Below are positions 1-9,452 of a DNA stretch of 64,000 nucleotides, in pieces (the stretch's first letter is position 1; each line of letters opens with the position of its first letter). The notes under the pieces are model-generated. The model ran no database searches. It was given only the letters and a program-made list of their open reading frames with translations, and had not been told where the DNA came from. The stretch is from an uncultured Chthonomonadaceae bacterium (GTDB taxonomy: Bacteria; Armatimonadota; Chthonomonadetes; Chthonomonadales; Chthonomonadaceae), in contig CAWIEK010000049.1 in assembly GCA_963835065.1 (NCBI GenBank), positions 128,001 through 192,000 on the forward strand, read 5' to 3'. Made by a program: the position numbers and the translations under genes.

Positions 1-548
1 TGAGCGTTGGCAGGAAACTGCGCGGCGTGGCAGAACTGAACAAAGCCCCGGATACCAAACTGAACAAGCAGCAGTCAGCGAAAATGCTGGCGATTATCAA
101 CGCCTGGAAGAGCAAGCCAAGCATGTCCGAGGATCAGGCGAAGAGCGTGGACGGACAGATCACGGCCTTGCTGAATGATAAGCAGCGCAAGCAGTTGGAA
201 GCGCAGCGGGGCGGGTTTGGCGGGGGCGGCGGGCGTAATGGCGGCGGTATGCGTCCGGGTGGTCCGGCAATGGCGGGCGCTCCAGGAGGTATGCGTCCAG
301 GCGGACCTGGCGGCCCCGGCGCTCCCAATCCCGGTGGCGCGGGCGCTCCGCGTGGCGCAGGCGCTCCCGGTGGCCCTGGCGGTATGCGCCCCGGCGGTGG
401 ACCGGGTGGCGGTGGCGGACGCATGGCTTTCACGATGCCGAAAACCATCAACCCCCTGAATCCGAGTACCATGTCCGGTCGGATGCAGGAGCGCAACAAA
501 AAGAGCCTCGCGGATTTCACCGCCGAGTTGCAGAAGCAGGCGAAGTAG
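1..548 (+). CDS. Gly/Pro-rich hypothetical protein, probably 5'-truncated by the window edge
   Basis: ORF 27..548 has helical ends around a GGPGG-rich low-complexity core and lies upstream of an ABC ATPase. Confidence 0.7.
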   Translation, partial: SVGRKLRGVAELNKAPDTKLNKQQSAKMLAIINAWKSKPSMSEDQAKSVDGQITALLNDKQRKQLEAQRGGFGGGGGRNGGGMRPGGPAMAGAPGGMRPGGPGGPGAPNPGGAGAPRGAGAPGGPGGMRPGGGPGGGGGRMAFTMPKTINPLNPSTMSGRMQERNKKSLADFTAELQKQAK

Positions 549-556
549 GTTGAGGG

Positions 557-635
557 GAGAAATGATGAATGATGAATGATGAGTGATGAATGGAATTCTG
601 CTTCATCATTCATCACTCAGCACTCATCATTTCTC
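557..635. repeat. Heptamer-tandem inverted repeat (ATGATGA/TCATCAT unit)
   Basis: gagaaatgatgaatgatgaatgatgagtgatgaa ... ttcatcattcatcactcagcactcatcatttctc; a close copy lies at 53659-53741. Confidence 0.9.
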
Positions 636-650
636 AACAACGGAGTTACC

Positions 651-1400
651 ATGCCGGATACCATCATCGAGGTCATCAACGCTACAAAAGTGTATAAGAT
701 GGGCAAAATGGAAGTGCGGGCGCTGCGGGGCGTGTCGGTTTCCATTGCGCGGGGCGAGTTTGTGGCGATTATGGGGCCTTCGGGTTCGGGCAAATCCACG
801 TTTATGAACATGATCGGCTGTTTGGACAAGCCGACGCAAGGCTCGTACAAACTGGATGGCATTGAAGTCGCTGTTTTGAACGACAATCAGTTGGCGGAAA
901 TTCGGAACCGCAAAATCGGCTTTGTGTTCCAAACCTTCAACTTGCTGGCGCGTACAACCGCGCTGCGAAACGTGGAATTGCCGATGCTTTACAGCAATGC
1001 GCGTAACCGCGTACAGGTGGCAAAGCAGGCGCTTGCGATTGTCGGTTTGCAGGATCGCATGGATCATAAGCCCAATGAGCTTTCCGGCGGACAGCAGCAG
1101 CGCGTCGCAATCGCCCGCGCCTTAGTCAACGATCCGCCGATTATTTTTGGCGACGAACCGACCGGAAATCTGGACACGCGCACCAGCGAAGAAATCATGG
1201 CGATTTTTCAGCGCCTGCACAGCGAAGGCAAAACCGTTGTGATTGTCACGCACGAACAGGATATTGCCGACCACGCCGAGCGCATCATCCGCTTCAAAGA
1301 TGGGAAAGTAATCGCCGACGAGCGCGTCCAAAACCGCCACAACGCGGAAGTGGAACTTGCCAAATTGGATGCGTTGCGGGAAGAGGCGGAAAGTATTTAA
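651..1400 (+). CDS. ABC transporter ATP-binding protein, MacB/LolD family
   Basis: Walker A GPSGSGKS, signature [20 protein letters not shown] at 651 follows GGAG. Confidence 0.95.
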   Translation: MPDTIIEVINATKVYKMGKMEVRALRGVSVSIARGEFVAIMGPSGSGKSTFMNMIGCLDKPTQGSYKLDGIEVAVLNDNQLAEIRNRKIGFVFQTFNLLARTTALRNVELPMLYSNARNRVQVAKQALAIVGLQDRMDHKPNELSGGQQQRVAIARALVNDPPIIFGDEPTGNLDTRTSEEIMAIFQRLHSEGKTVVIVTHEQDIADHAERIIRFKDGKVIADERVQNRHNAEVELAKLDALREEAESI

Positions 1401-1639
1401 ATACTTTCCGCCGTATTCACATCGAAATGATCCGTGCGCTCTTTGGGGTCGAAGGTGGCGCAGTGGGCCATGCCGTTGACGAGAGCGACATCAATGGAGC
1501 CTGCGTAGCAGCGGCGGGCTTTGTTGAAGCGGCAGATGGTGACGGCGCACTCGCCCACGTAAGAGTCGGTTTCCTGTTCGGTTTGATCGGCCTGGAGCGG
1601 TTTGTCGTCTGTAAGGTCGGCGCTAATTGCGTTTGTCAT
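1397..1639 (-). CDS. DUF1540-like small Cys-rich protein
   Basis: C-x4-C-x2-N-x4-C-x-A-x2-I ... C-x-TF pattern. Confidence 0.7.
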   Translation of the reverse strand: MTNAISADLTDDKPLQADQTEQETDSYVGECAVTICRFNKARRCYAGSIDVALVNGMAHCATFDPKERTDHFDVNTAESI

Positions 1640-1685
1640 CGGGGCATCCTCCGGGTAAATTGATGCAGTTCAGACAAAACCTGCG

Positions 1686-2000
1686 TTGGGATTGTTCCGA
1701 GACATTAGGCCGGTGAATAATGGTATATTAAAGAAGGACTGGAAAGAAGAGCAGGATGTGGAACTGCGGCAGTGGGAAGAAAGGCGGCGGGCGATGAATT
1801 GGGCACAGCGAATCGGTATGCTGGTTTTACGCCTCGCATTGACTGCAGGCGTGACCGCGCTGTTGCTCTGGCTGCCTGACCCCGCGCCGGACGAAACGCT
1901 GCGATTGAAAAACGCGATTGTAGTTCTTGTCGCGATTGTGACAGCCGGCAAACTGATCGCGGATACATTCTTTTATGATCGCTACGCAGGAAAATTGTAA
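1686..2000 (+). CDS. Hypothetical membrane protein with 2 predicted TM helices; start uncertain
   Basis: Two hydrophobic segments; C-terminal GKLIADTFFYDRY. Confidence 0.65.
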   Translation: MGLFRDIRPVNNGILKKDWKEEQDVELRQWEERRRAMNWAQRIGMLVLRLALTAGVTALLLWLPDPAPDETLRLKNAIVVLVAIVTAGKLIADTFFYDRYAGKL

Positions 2001-2002
2001 AG

Positions 2003-2074
2003 TTACCTCACTGGATGGCGTCCATTTATGGACACCCTCTCCTGGGCGCTCGTTCCTTGCTAGGAGAGGGGCTT
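2003..2074. repeat. Dispersed palindromic repeat, copy 1
   Basis: ggcgtccatttatggacaccctctcct...gctaggagaggggctt recurs at 54563-54631. Confidence 0.85.
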
Positions 2075-2107
2075 AGTATAGCGAAATGGTTGCTTGCAGT
2101 CTGCACA

Positions 2108-2587
2108 TTATATTGGTTGTAGCAATTTTGGCGGCAGAAGCCATTGCAGTACCCCTCGGTTCGGCTCCACGCGGTCGGCTTCGACGTAGGCGAGACAAGC
2201 GGTTTTCATCTCGCAAACTCCCCCGGTAAGACGTTCGATGATCTCGCTCAAGTCCGGCTCATGCCCGACGAAAAGTAAGGCGGCATTGGCATGGTGCGCG
2301 GCGCACAGGGTTTGCAGGTCGCCCATGCCAAACTTCGCTGATGCCAACTCCGGCGCTTCCTTCAGGCAAGAAGACAAGTCAAGACCTTTTGCAATGATTT
2401 CCGCCGTTTCAAAGGCGCGAGGGTAGGGACTGGCGTAAATGGCGTCAAAGCGCGTTTCCAGAGATTTGAGCCGGGCGGCAAGCGCGGACGCATCGGCAAT
2501 ACCGCGCTGCACCAACTTGCGCTCCCGATCCGGCTTGCTGCCCGTATATTCTTCCGCTTTGCCGTGCCGCAAAAAGTACAGGCGCAT
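2108..2587 (-). CDS. sixA: Phosphohistidine phosphatase SixA
   Basis: LRHG motif, SPYPRAFETA, VGHEP. Confidence 0.9.
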   Translation of the reverse strand: MRLYFLRHGKAEEYTGSKPDRERKLVQRGIADASALAARLKSLETRFDAIYASPYPRAFETAEIIAKGLDLSSCLKEAPELASAKFGMGDLQTLCAAHHANAALLFVGHEPDLSEIIERLTGGVCEMKTACLAYVEADRVEPNRGVLQWLLPPKLLQPI

Positions 2588-2633
2588 CGCAGTACCTCAT
2601 TAAATTGGGGGTGAAGTGAAATAGCGTTTATGA

Positions 2634-2675
2634 AATGACAAAGAGCGATGCCTCGGCGCATCGCTCTTTGTCATT
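2634..2675. terminator. Stem-loop, probable intrinsic terminator
   Basis: aatgacaaagagcgatgc / gcatcgctctttgtcatt inverted repeat downstream of the 2783-3103 gene. Confidence 0.65.
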
Positions 2676-2782
2676 ATGGATTGGGCGCAAAATGCTGCAA
2701 CAAGCGTTGAAAGGGCTTGTTTTGACACGATGCTCAACAGATGTAGGCTGTTTTGGCTGGTTTCCGTAGGTATATTCGGCGG

Positions 2783-3103
2783 TCACTCTTCTACAGACAG
2801 GTTCGGAATGGCGTTTAGATTTTCCAGCGCGTGGTGAAAATCGCGCATTTCTTCCAGTGTAATGCCGCCCATGCCGGAGAACTGTTTCTTCTCGCCCTCC
2901 GTCACGTCGCTGGTGTTTTCCCGCAGCAGGCTGTCTTCCCACTCGTCCTGCTTGACAAAGTGTTCGCCCAATTTCTTGCACCGTGAGCAGCGAAACTTAA
3001 TATACACGTAACTGGGGCCGATCTGCCGGACATACATCCCCTGCTGCATCACATCGCGGCGCAAAATGCGCTGACCACAATGGCACTTCAGGCTGGTCTT
3101 CAT
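2783..3103 (-). CDS. Hypothetical zinc-ribbon protein
   Basis: CHC ... CSRC Cys pairs; GGAGG SD before the ATG at 3103. Confidence 0.8.
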   Translation of the reverse strand: MKTSLKCHCGQRILRRDVMQQGMYVRQIGPSYVYIKFRCSRCKKLGEHFVKQDEWEDSLLRENTSDVTEGEKKQFSGMGGITLEEMRDFHHALENLNAIPNLSVEE

Positions 3104-3248
3104 GCCGTTAAACCTCCGTACCGCTGCACAATACTCCGATATTCGAAAGTTTGAGCTTCGCGGTCGCGCCACGCAACATTAATGGGCGTATTTTGTTTTG
3201 TGTCAAGGACGGGTTTCCCACGTTCTCAACAGCTATATTATACCATAA

Positions 3249-3368
3249 GTAGGGATTAGGGATTGGGGATTAGGGATTAGAAGATATACACTTTCTATAC
3301 ATTCTTCCTGCCTCACGGATAGAGTTGCCTCTGCATGCCTGTCCTAATCCCCAATCCCTAATCCCTAC
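3249..3368. repeat. Heptamer-tandem inverted repeat (TAGGGAT unit) with 26 bp perfect arms
   Basis: 3249-3274 is the reverse complement of 3343-3368; the right arm contains the dgt stop codon. Confidence 0.9.
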
Positions 3369-4483
3369 ACGAAGTCGCTTGGCCGCATGCCGCGCGGCAC
3401 GAAGTGGCCTTCAAAGCGGGACACGGCGTAGCGGTCGGTCATGCCGGCGATGAAGTCGCAGACGTGGACGGCGCGTTCGGCCGTGGGCAGGGCGCACAGG
3501 GCTTTGTTGCCGTTCATCAGTTCCGGGTGTTCCATGTACAGGCGGAACAGGAAGCGAATCACATGCTGCGACTTGCGCAAATCCTGATTGCCCGTTGCCG
3601 CATTCCAGTACACGCGCTCGAACATAAATTCCTTTAAGCGGTCGGTAGCCTCACCAATCGGCGGCGACATATCTACAACCGGATTGCCCGCGCTGTGCGT
3701 CACAATGTCAATTACCATATTGGCGATGCGCTCAGAATGGGAATGTCCGAGAGTTTCCAGTTCGCGGCGCGGCAAGTCATGCGGCTTGATGACTCCGGCG
3801 CGGAGGGCGTCGTCAATGTCGTGGTTGATGTAGGCTACCCTGTCGGCGATACGGACGGCCTTGCCTTCCAACGTTTGGGCGCGTTCCTCTGAGGTGTCAG
3901 AAAGGTCTTTGCGGCCCTTGCTGTGGTGGGCAATGCCGTCGCGCACTTCCCATGTCAGGTTCAGGCCGCGCGGCGCATGGGGAGGGTTGGGCGCGTCCGG
4001 TTCAAAGGTTTCGCCCGTGCCGTATTCCAGCCATTCCACAACGCGCAGGCTTTGGTCATAGTGGCGGAAGGAGGCGGACGGCACGAACTCGCGGAGGGCG
4101 GCGTCAAGGGCTTCCTCGCCCGCGTGTCCGAAGGGGGGATGGCCTAAATCGTGGGCAAGGGCAATGGCTTCCGTGAGGTCTTCGTTGAGTTGTAAGGCGC
4201 GGGCAATGGTGCGGGCGATTTGCGAAACTTCCAGCGTGTGCGTCAGGCGCGTTCGGTAGTGGTCTTCTTCGGGATCAATGAACACCTGCGTTTTGTGTTT
4301 CAGGCGGCGAAAGGCTTTGGAGTGGAGGATGCGGTCCCGGTCACGCTGAAACGCGGTGCGAACCGGGTCGGGCGTTTCAGGACGGACACGGCCCTGCGAC
4401 AACGCGGATTTGGCCGCCCATTCCGCAAGGGAGTGGATTTCCCATTGTTCCTGTCGTTCGCGGGGTGTCTGTCCCGAATTCAT
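3365..4483 (-). CDS. dgt: Deoxyguanosinetriphosphate triphosphohydrolase
   Basis: RDRDRILHS, KTQVF, RTRLTHTLEV, HDLGHPPFGHAGE, DFIAGMTD. Confidence 0.95.
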   Translation of the reverse strand: MNSGQTPRERQEQWEIHSLAEWAAKSALSQGRVRPETPDPVRTAFQRDRDRILHSKAFRRLKHKTQVFIDPEEDHYRTRLTHTLEVSQIARTIARALQLNEDLTEAIALAHDLGHPPFGHAGEEALDAALREFVPSASFRHYDQSLRVVEWLEYGTGETFEPDAPNPPHAPRGLNLTWEVRDGIAHHSKGRKDLSDTSEERAQTLEGKAVRIADRVAYINHDIDDALRAGVIKPHDLPRRELETLGHSHSERIANMVIDIVTHSAGNPVVDMSPPIGEATDRLKEFMFERVYWNAATGNQDLRKSQHVIRFLFRLYMEHPELMNGNKALCALPTAERAVHVCDFIAGMTDRYAVSRFEGHFVPRGMRPSDFV

Positions 4484-5791
4484 GCCTGCTCCCCAATCGC
4501 CTGTAACTTGTTCAGCAATACGCGCAAGGGCAGCGCAAGGTTCGCGCTGTCGGAAATATGGACGCGCTGCGCGTTGTGAAAACGGGCAAAGCGCGTCAGG
4601 CCGCGCAGCAGGGCTTGTTCAAACGCCGGATTATGCGCTGTTTCTTCCCGTTCCAGCCAGAAGCCTTCCACAATCAACGTTTTAGTTTTGCGCTCCATGC
4701 GAAACGCCATGCGGCCTGCCAGAACGTCACCGAACAGGATGGGCAGGGTGTAGTAGCCCCATTTGCGAATTGCGGCAGGCTTGTAAACTTCCCACACGTA
4801 CTCAAAATCGAACAGGGAGGCAAGTCGGGCGCGATCCCAAATTACATTATCGAGCGGCGCAAGGAAGGTCACTTCTTCATCCGTAGTGGTTTCAACAGTC
4901 TGCCATGCTGTGGGGATTGCGCCGTCCAGCAAGGTTTGCAGCAGGGGCATATCTTCGGCGGGCAGGTAACAGGGTTCTCGAACGCCCTCCACATTGATGC
5001 AGGCAAGTACGCCTTCCTTAACAAGCGCGTTCAGCTTTGAAGTGGCGGTTCTGGCGGCAATGCGCTGGTGCTGCATCAGGGTAGCGCGTCGCGCCCATTC
5101 CGCGCTCGTGCCCAACCCAAGATCGCGCATGGCCTTCAACGCAAAGAACCGCTCGGCAGCCTCTTCAGAAGGTATTGGTTCGGAAACAGGAACGCCTGCC
5201 TGCTCTCTATTGTTTACGTGACACTGCGCGGTGACATTGTGCGCCAGATCGAAGACGCGCTCAAAATTGCGGCGATGGTGCGTCATAACCTGCCCGCTCA
5301 GATACAGATGGTAGAGTGCCTTGCTGGTGTCCTTGACCACGTTGAAGCCGCCGGGAACGCGCTCGCGGTTGGCAAAGTCCCGATTGGCAAGGGGACCGCG
5401 TTGCGCGAGTTCGTCCAGAACGTGCTTGTGGACAGTCTGCGCTTTTTCTTCCGCAGGGGAAAGATGCCGGTGTAATCGCCGCATAACCGTTTGGAAGTAG
5501 GGCAGGTCAGCGATGGGATACAGCATCAGGATGGTTCCATAATCAAAGAACAGCCGCTCCTGATAGCACAGCTCGTTGAGGCAGGCGGGCGCGATAGTCT
5601 TGTACGCGGGCAAAGAGCGTCAGGTCATGGCTGCGGGCAATGATGCTGATGGTGTCTACTTGTATGCACTCGGACGCGCAAATCGCCTGCGCCACGCCTG
5701 CTTTACCCGCATATCGTCGTCCCGGCCACAATCCCTGCCGCCCCAAAACGAAACGCCGCGCCGTCTGCTTGCTGATAGTCCCTGTACTCAT
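4480..5791 (-). CDS. YcaQ/AlkZ-like (HTH_42) crosslink-repair DNA glycosylase, apparent frameshift near 5595
   Basis: N-terminal QVDTISIIARSHDL (QxD motif) in ORF 5543..5791; C-terminal LAPLDNVIWDR...FDFEYVWEVY...WGYYTLPIL in ORF 4480..5613. Confidence 0.85.
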
Positions 5792-5936
5792 GAAATTAGT
5801 TTAGCACACCTGAGCCGGGGATTGAAAATTCCCGGCAACAGACAACCCTAAACCAAGTGATTGCCTTTAATTTGAAACGCGCTCCAGTCAAGCAGAATCT
5901 AAAGGAAAATGAAGGGCAGTTATCGAACTTGGATGT

Positions 5937-7166
5937 ATGGACGACAAGAACATGGTGACATTGGAAGGTATACGGGCGGCGTATGTGGAGGTTCGCAAGG
6001 CCGTGCATCATACGCCTGTTTTGACGTGCCGAAGCGTTGCGGAGCGGATTGGCATTGCGCCCGAAGAACTGCTGCTGAAAATGGAAAACACGCAGCGCAC
6101 GGGCAGCTTCAAGATTCGGGGCGCGTACCATCGGCTGTCAAACTTGTCTGCAGCAGAAAAAGGGGCGGGCGTGGTTGCGGCAAGCGCGGGGAATCATGCG
6201 CAGGGCGTTGCGCTTGCGGCCCGTCTGACAGGAATTGCGGCGATGGTTTTTATGCCGGAATTTGCCAGCATCGCCAAGATACAGGCGACCCGGCGTTATG
6301 GCGCGGAAGTGGTGCTGGGCGGGCGTAATTTCGATGAGGCTGTGACAGCGGGGAAAGCGCGGGCGCTGGAAACCGGCGCGACGTTTGTTTCCGCTTACGA
6401 TGACGACGGCATTATTACGGGGCAGGGGACGTGCGGGCTGGAAATCGTGGAAGATGTGCCGGACGTGGAAAACGTTTTAATTTGCGTGGGTGGCGGCGGG
6501 CTGTTCAGCGGCGTGGCGACTGTGATACGCGCCCTGCGCCCCAATGCGCGTATCATCGGCGTACAGGCGGCGGGAGCGCCGTCTGCGGTTGAGTCGTGGA
6601 AGGCGGGCAGGCTGCTGCCGCGTGGCGAAGTGCAGACCATTGCGGACGGCGTGGCGATTAAAGCTCCAAGCGAACGCACGTTTGGGTACATCCAAAAATA
6701 TGCCGACGACATGGTGACGGTGGAAGACAGCGATATTGCCCATGCCATGCTGCTGTTGTTGGAGCGGAATAAAACGGTTGTAGAACCGGCGGGCGCGGTA
6801 GGCGTGGCGGCATTGCTGGCGGGCAAGGTGCAGCTGAAAGGCCGAACCGTCGTGACAGTTTCGGGTGGCAATGTAGACGCTAAGTTTCTGGCGGATTTGA
6901 TTGAGCGCGAAATGATACGCGCCAATCGCTACCTGCACTTCTTTACCGCCGTTTCCGATAAACCGGGCGGACTGGCGGGTCTGCTCGAATTGCTGGCGGA
7001 ACTGCGCGGTAACATCATCTCCATCACGCACAACCGCATCAGCCCCTCGGTTCCGCTCGGACGAACGGGCGTGGAAGTGCTGCTGGAAGTGCGCGACAGC
7101 GACCACATTGCGCTGGTACGGGAAGGATTGAAGCAGCGGAATTATCGTTTTGAGGTGCTGGATTAA
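5937..7166 (+). CDS. ilvA: Threonine ammonia-lyase with C-terminal ACT domain
   Basis: TGSFKIRGA PLP lysine, SAGNHAQG, GGGGL, DKPG ACT motif. Confidence 0.93.
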   Translation: MDDKNMVTLEGIRAAYVEVRKAVHHTPVLTCRSVAERIGIAPEELLLKMENTQRTGSFKIRGAYHRLSNLSAAEKGAGVVAASAGNHAQGVALAARLTGIAAMVFMPEFASIAKIQATRRYGAEVVLGGRNFDEAVTAGKARALETGATFVSAYDDDGIITGQGTCGLEIVEDVPDVENVLICVGGGGLFSGVATVIRALRPNARIIGVQAAGAPSAVESWKAGRLLPRGEVQTIADGVAIKAPSERTFGYIQKYADDMVTVEDSDIAHAMLLLLERNKTVVEPAGAVGVAALLAGKVQLKGRTVVTVSGGNVDAKFLADLIEREMIRANRYLHFFTAVSDKPGGLAGLLELLAELRGNIISITHNRISPSVPLGRTGVEVLLEVRDSDHIALVREGLKQRNYRFEVLD

Positions 7167-7292
7167 CTACCTCATTCCCACCTCTGCTTTGTAGCAGGGG
7201 GTGTTCAGGTATTCAGGTGTTCGGGCGAGTCAATATAGCCCGGTGAACGCAGTTCATAGCATCCTCTCCCACTATTGGGAGAAGGAAGAAGG

Positions 7293-7994
7293 ATGGAGAA
7301 GATTATGGCGGCGTACCCGCAGGTGGTTGTGTTTGATGTTTTTGAAACGCTGTTTTCCATGAAGAGTTTGGTTCCGCGTCTTGGCGAGTTAGGCTTGCCG
7401 CCCGAAGCGCTGCCGATGTGGTACGGCAGGACGCTGCGGGACGGCTTTGCCCTCGCGGCTGCCAATGCGTATGCGCCCATGCAGGATGTGGCGCAGGCGG
7501 CGTTGGAGGTGATACTGGCGGATCACGGCAAGCCGGCGACGGGCGTAGAAAAGGTGATGGCGGGCTTGAGCGAACTGGCTGCGGAAACGGATGTCGAACC
7601 GGCGTTTCAACTGCTGGATGCGCAAAATGTGCGTATCTTCCTGCTGTCTAACGGCAGTCAGGCAAACACGCTGGCTTTGCTGCAAAAGGCGGGGCTGGAT
7701 GTTTACGTGGAGAAAATTATATCGGTAGATGATATTCAGTGCTGGAAGCCGCGCCGGGAAATCTATTTGCATGTGGCGACGGCAGCAGATGTGGAGCCTG
7801 CCCACATCGCCCTTGTCGCCGCCCATGCGTGGGATGTGCAGGGCGCGATGCGGGCGGGATTGACGGGCGGATGGGTCAAGCGGGAGGAGCTAATGTATTC
7901 TCCCGCGATGCAGGCGCCGGATGTGCAGGGAAATACGCTTGTGGAAACGTGTCAGGGTCTGCTTGAACTCCCCCATGCGCCAACAGCCTCGTGA
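7293..7994 (+). CDS. Haloacid dehalogenase type II
   Basis: FDVFETL, LSNG, WKP, VAAHAWDV motifs; start uncertain. Confidence 0.85.
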   Translation: MEKIMAAYPQVVVFDVFETLFSMKSLVPRLGELGLPPEALPMWYGRTLRDGFALAAANAYAPMQDVAQAALEVILADHGKPATGVEKVMAGLSELAAETDVEPAFQLLDAQNVRIFLLSNGSQANTLALLQKAGLDVYVEKIISVDDIQCWKPRREIYLHVATAADVEPAHIALVAAHAWDVQGAMRAGLTGGWVKREELMYSPAMQAPDVQGNTLVETCQGLLELPHAPTAS

Positions 7995-8106
7995 AATGGA
8001 TCAAGGTTTATGCGAACTCCCCCATTTGCAACAATTCCATAAAACAGAAGAACGCAGCCGGTATGCAGCGTACAAGCGCTACATGCCAAAATTGAAGGAG
8101 ATTAAC

Positions 8107-9261
8107 ATGCGAAGGGGAGTTTCATTTCTCACAGCGCCTGTGCCGCTGTGCCTGCTTGTATTGGGAGTTTTCGGCAGTCTGGCAGGGTGTGGGAGTGGCA
8201 GCTACACAACGCCTTATCACTCCCACGCCGGTGCCCTTGCCTGCGGATGCCACCTATAACACATCGGTACGCTCTGCCGGGTACACGATTACGGATTTGG
8301 GGCCGGGAAAGGTTGCGGCCATCAACAAGAGCGGACAGGTGCTGGGAAGCAATCGGCACACCTATCTGTGGACCAATGGCAGCCGTCACTACCTCGGAAT
8401 TCTGGCAAGCGATAAGGGCGGCAGTGAGGCGATCTCTCTCAACGATAGCGGGCAGGCATTGGGCGTGTCTTACGGGAACCCTCCGTATCCCGAACTAGGG
8501 CCGGGTCCCTCGCATCTATTCGTGTGGCAAAACGGCGCGTTCACGCGGATCGGGGATGATTCGGCAAACATCCAGTATGCGGCGTATAAAATCAACAATG
8601 CGGGGCAGGTCTTGCTCTCGTTTTCCGACTACCCTATGAGCGCGGTCAGTGAACTGTGGCAAGACGGCAACATCACGCCCATTTCTGATAATCGGTAAAA
8701 GCGGCAAGCCTCTTACGTTGGGCAGCATCAACAATCGCGGCGATATTATTGGAGGCGGATCGGATTCGCCGGACGTTTTTCAGGCCAACCCGGTTCCTGC
8801 GTCGCAGTTACCTGATTCAGAACGGGCAGGCGACGGAGTTAGGCTTTCTGCCGGACCGCCCGCAGACCGGCGCGCAATTCATCAACGACAACGAACAAAT
8901 TGTCGGCGTCGGCTTCCCCTATGATGTTAATGACCCGAACCTTCCCCCGCAGCCTTTCGTGTGGCAGAATGGGCAACTGACAGTGCTGAAAGGGCTTGGC
9001 GGGGATTTCGTGATGAACGGCCTGAACAATCCGGGGCAGATTGTCGGATGGATTCAGGACACCTCCATAGCGCGGCGGTTCGCCTTTCGGTATGACTTGA
9101 ACACGCAAACGCTGGTTGACCTTGACGCGACGGTCGGAAAATCGGCAGGCTGGCAACTGGAAAGCGCGACAGCCATCAACGACGCGGGGCAGATTGTTGG
9201 GGAGGGACAACACAACGGCCAGTCCCGCAGTTACCTGCTCACGCCGCTGTCGGGTGGCTGA
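8107..9261 (+). CDS. HAF-repeat extracellular lipoprotein, broken by several frameshifts (~8210, ~8695, ~8770)
   Basis: Lipobox LAGC; repeated INxxGQ(I/V)(V/L)G and FVWQNG units across three frames; C-terminal ATAINDAGQIVG...YLLTP. Confidence 0.8.
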
Positions 9262-9276
9262 CAATGTGAGTGTTGG

Positions 9277-9436
9277 GAACATCGTTCAAATAAGAGTTTG
9301 TAGGGGCACAACATGTTGTGCCCGCGTTTCTAAACCATGCCAGCCGCGCGTTATAGGAAGAGGACACAACATGTTGTGTCCCTACTACGCCATTGTTTTT
9401 GAGATGAGAATCGTCTTATTTGAACGGTATTGGTTC
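9277..9436. repeat. REP doublet enclosed by short terminal inverted repeats (REPIN/MITE-like)
   Basis: GTAGGGGCACAACATGTTGTGCCC (9300-9323) and inverted GGACACAACATGTTGTGTCCCTAC (9362-9385); outer cgttcaaataaga / tcttatttgaacg. Confidence 0.85.
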
Positions 9437-9452
9437 TAACACCGAACACCAA

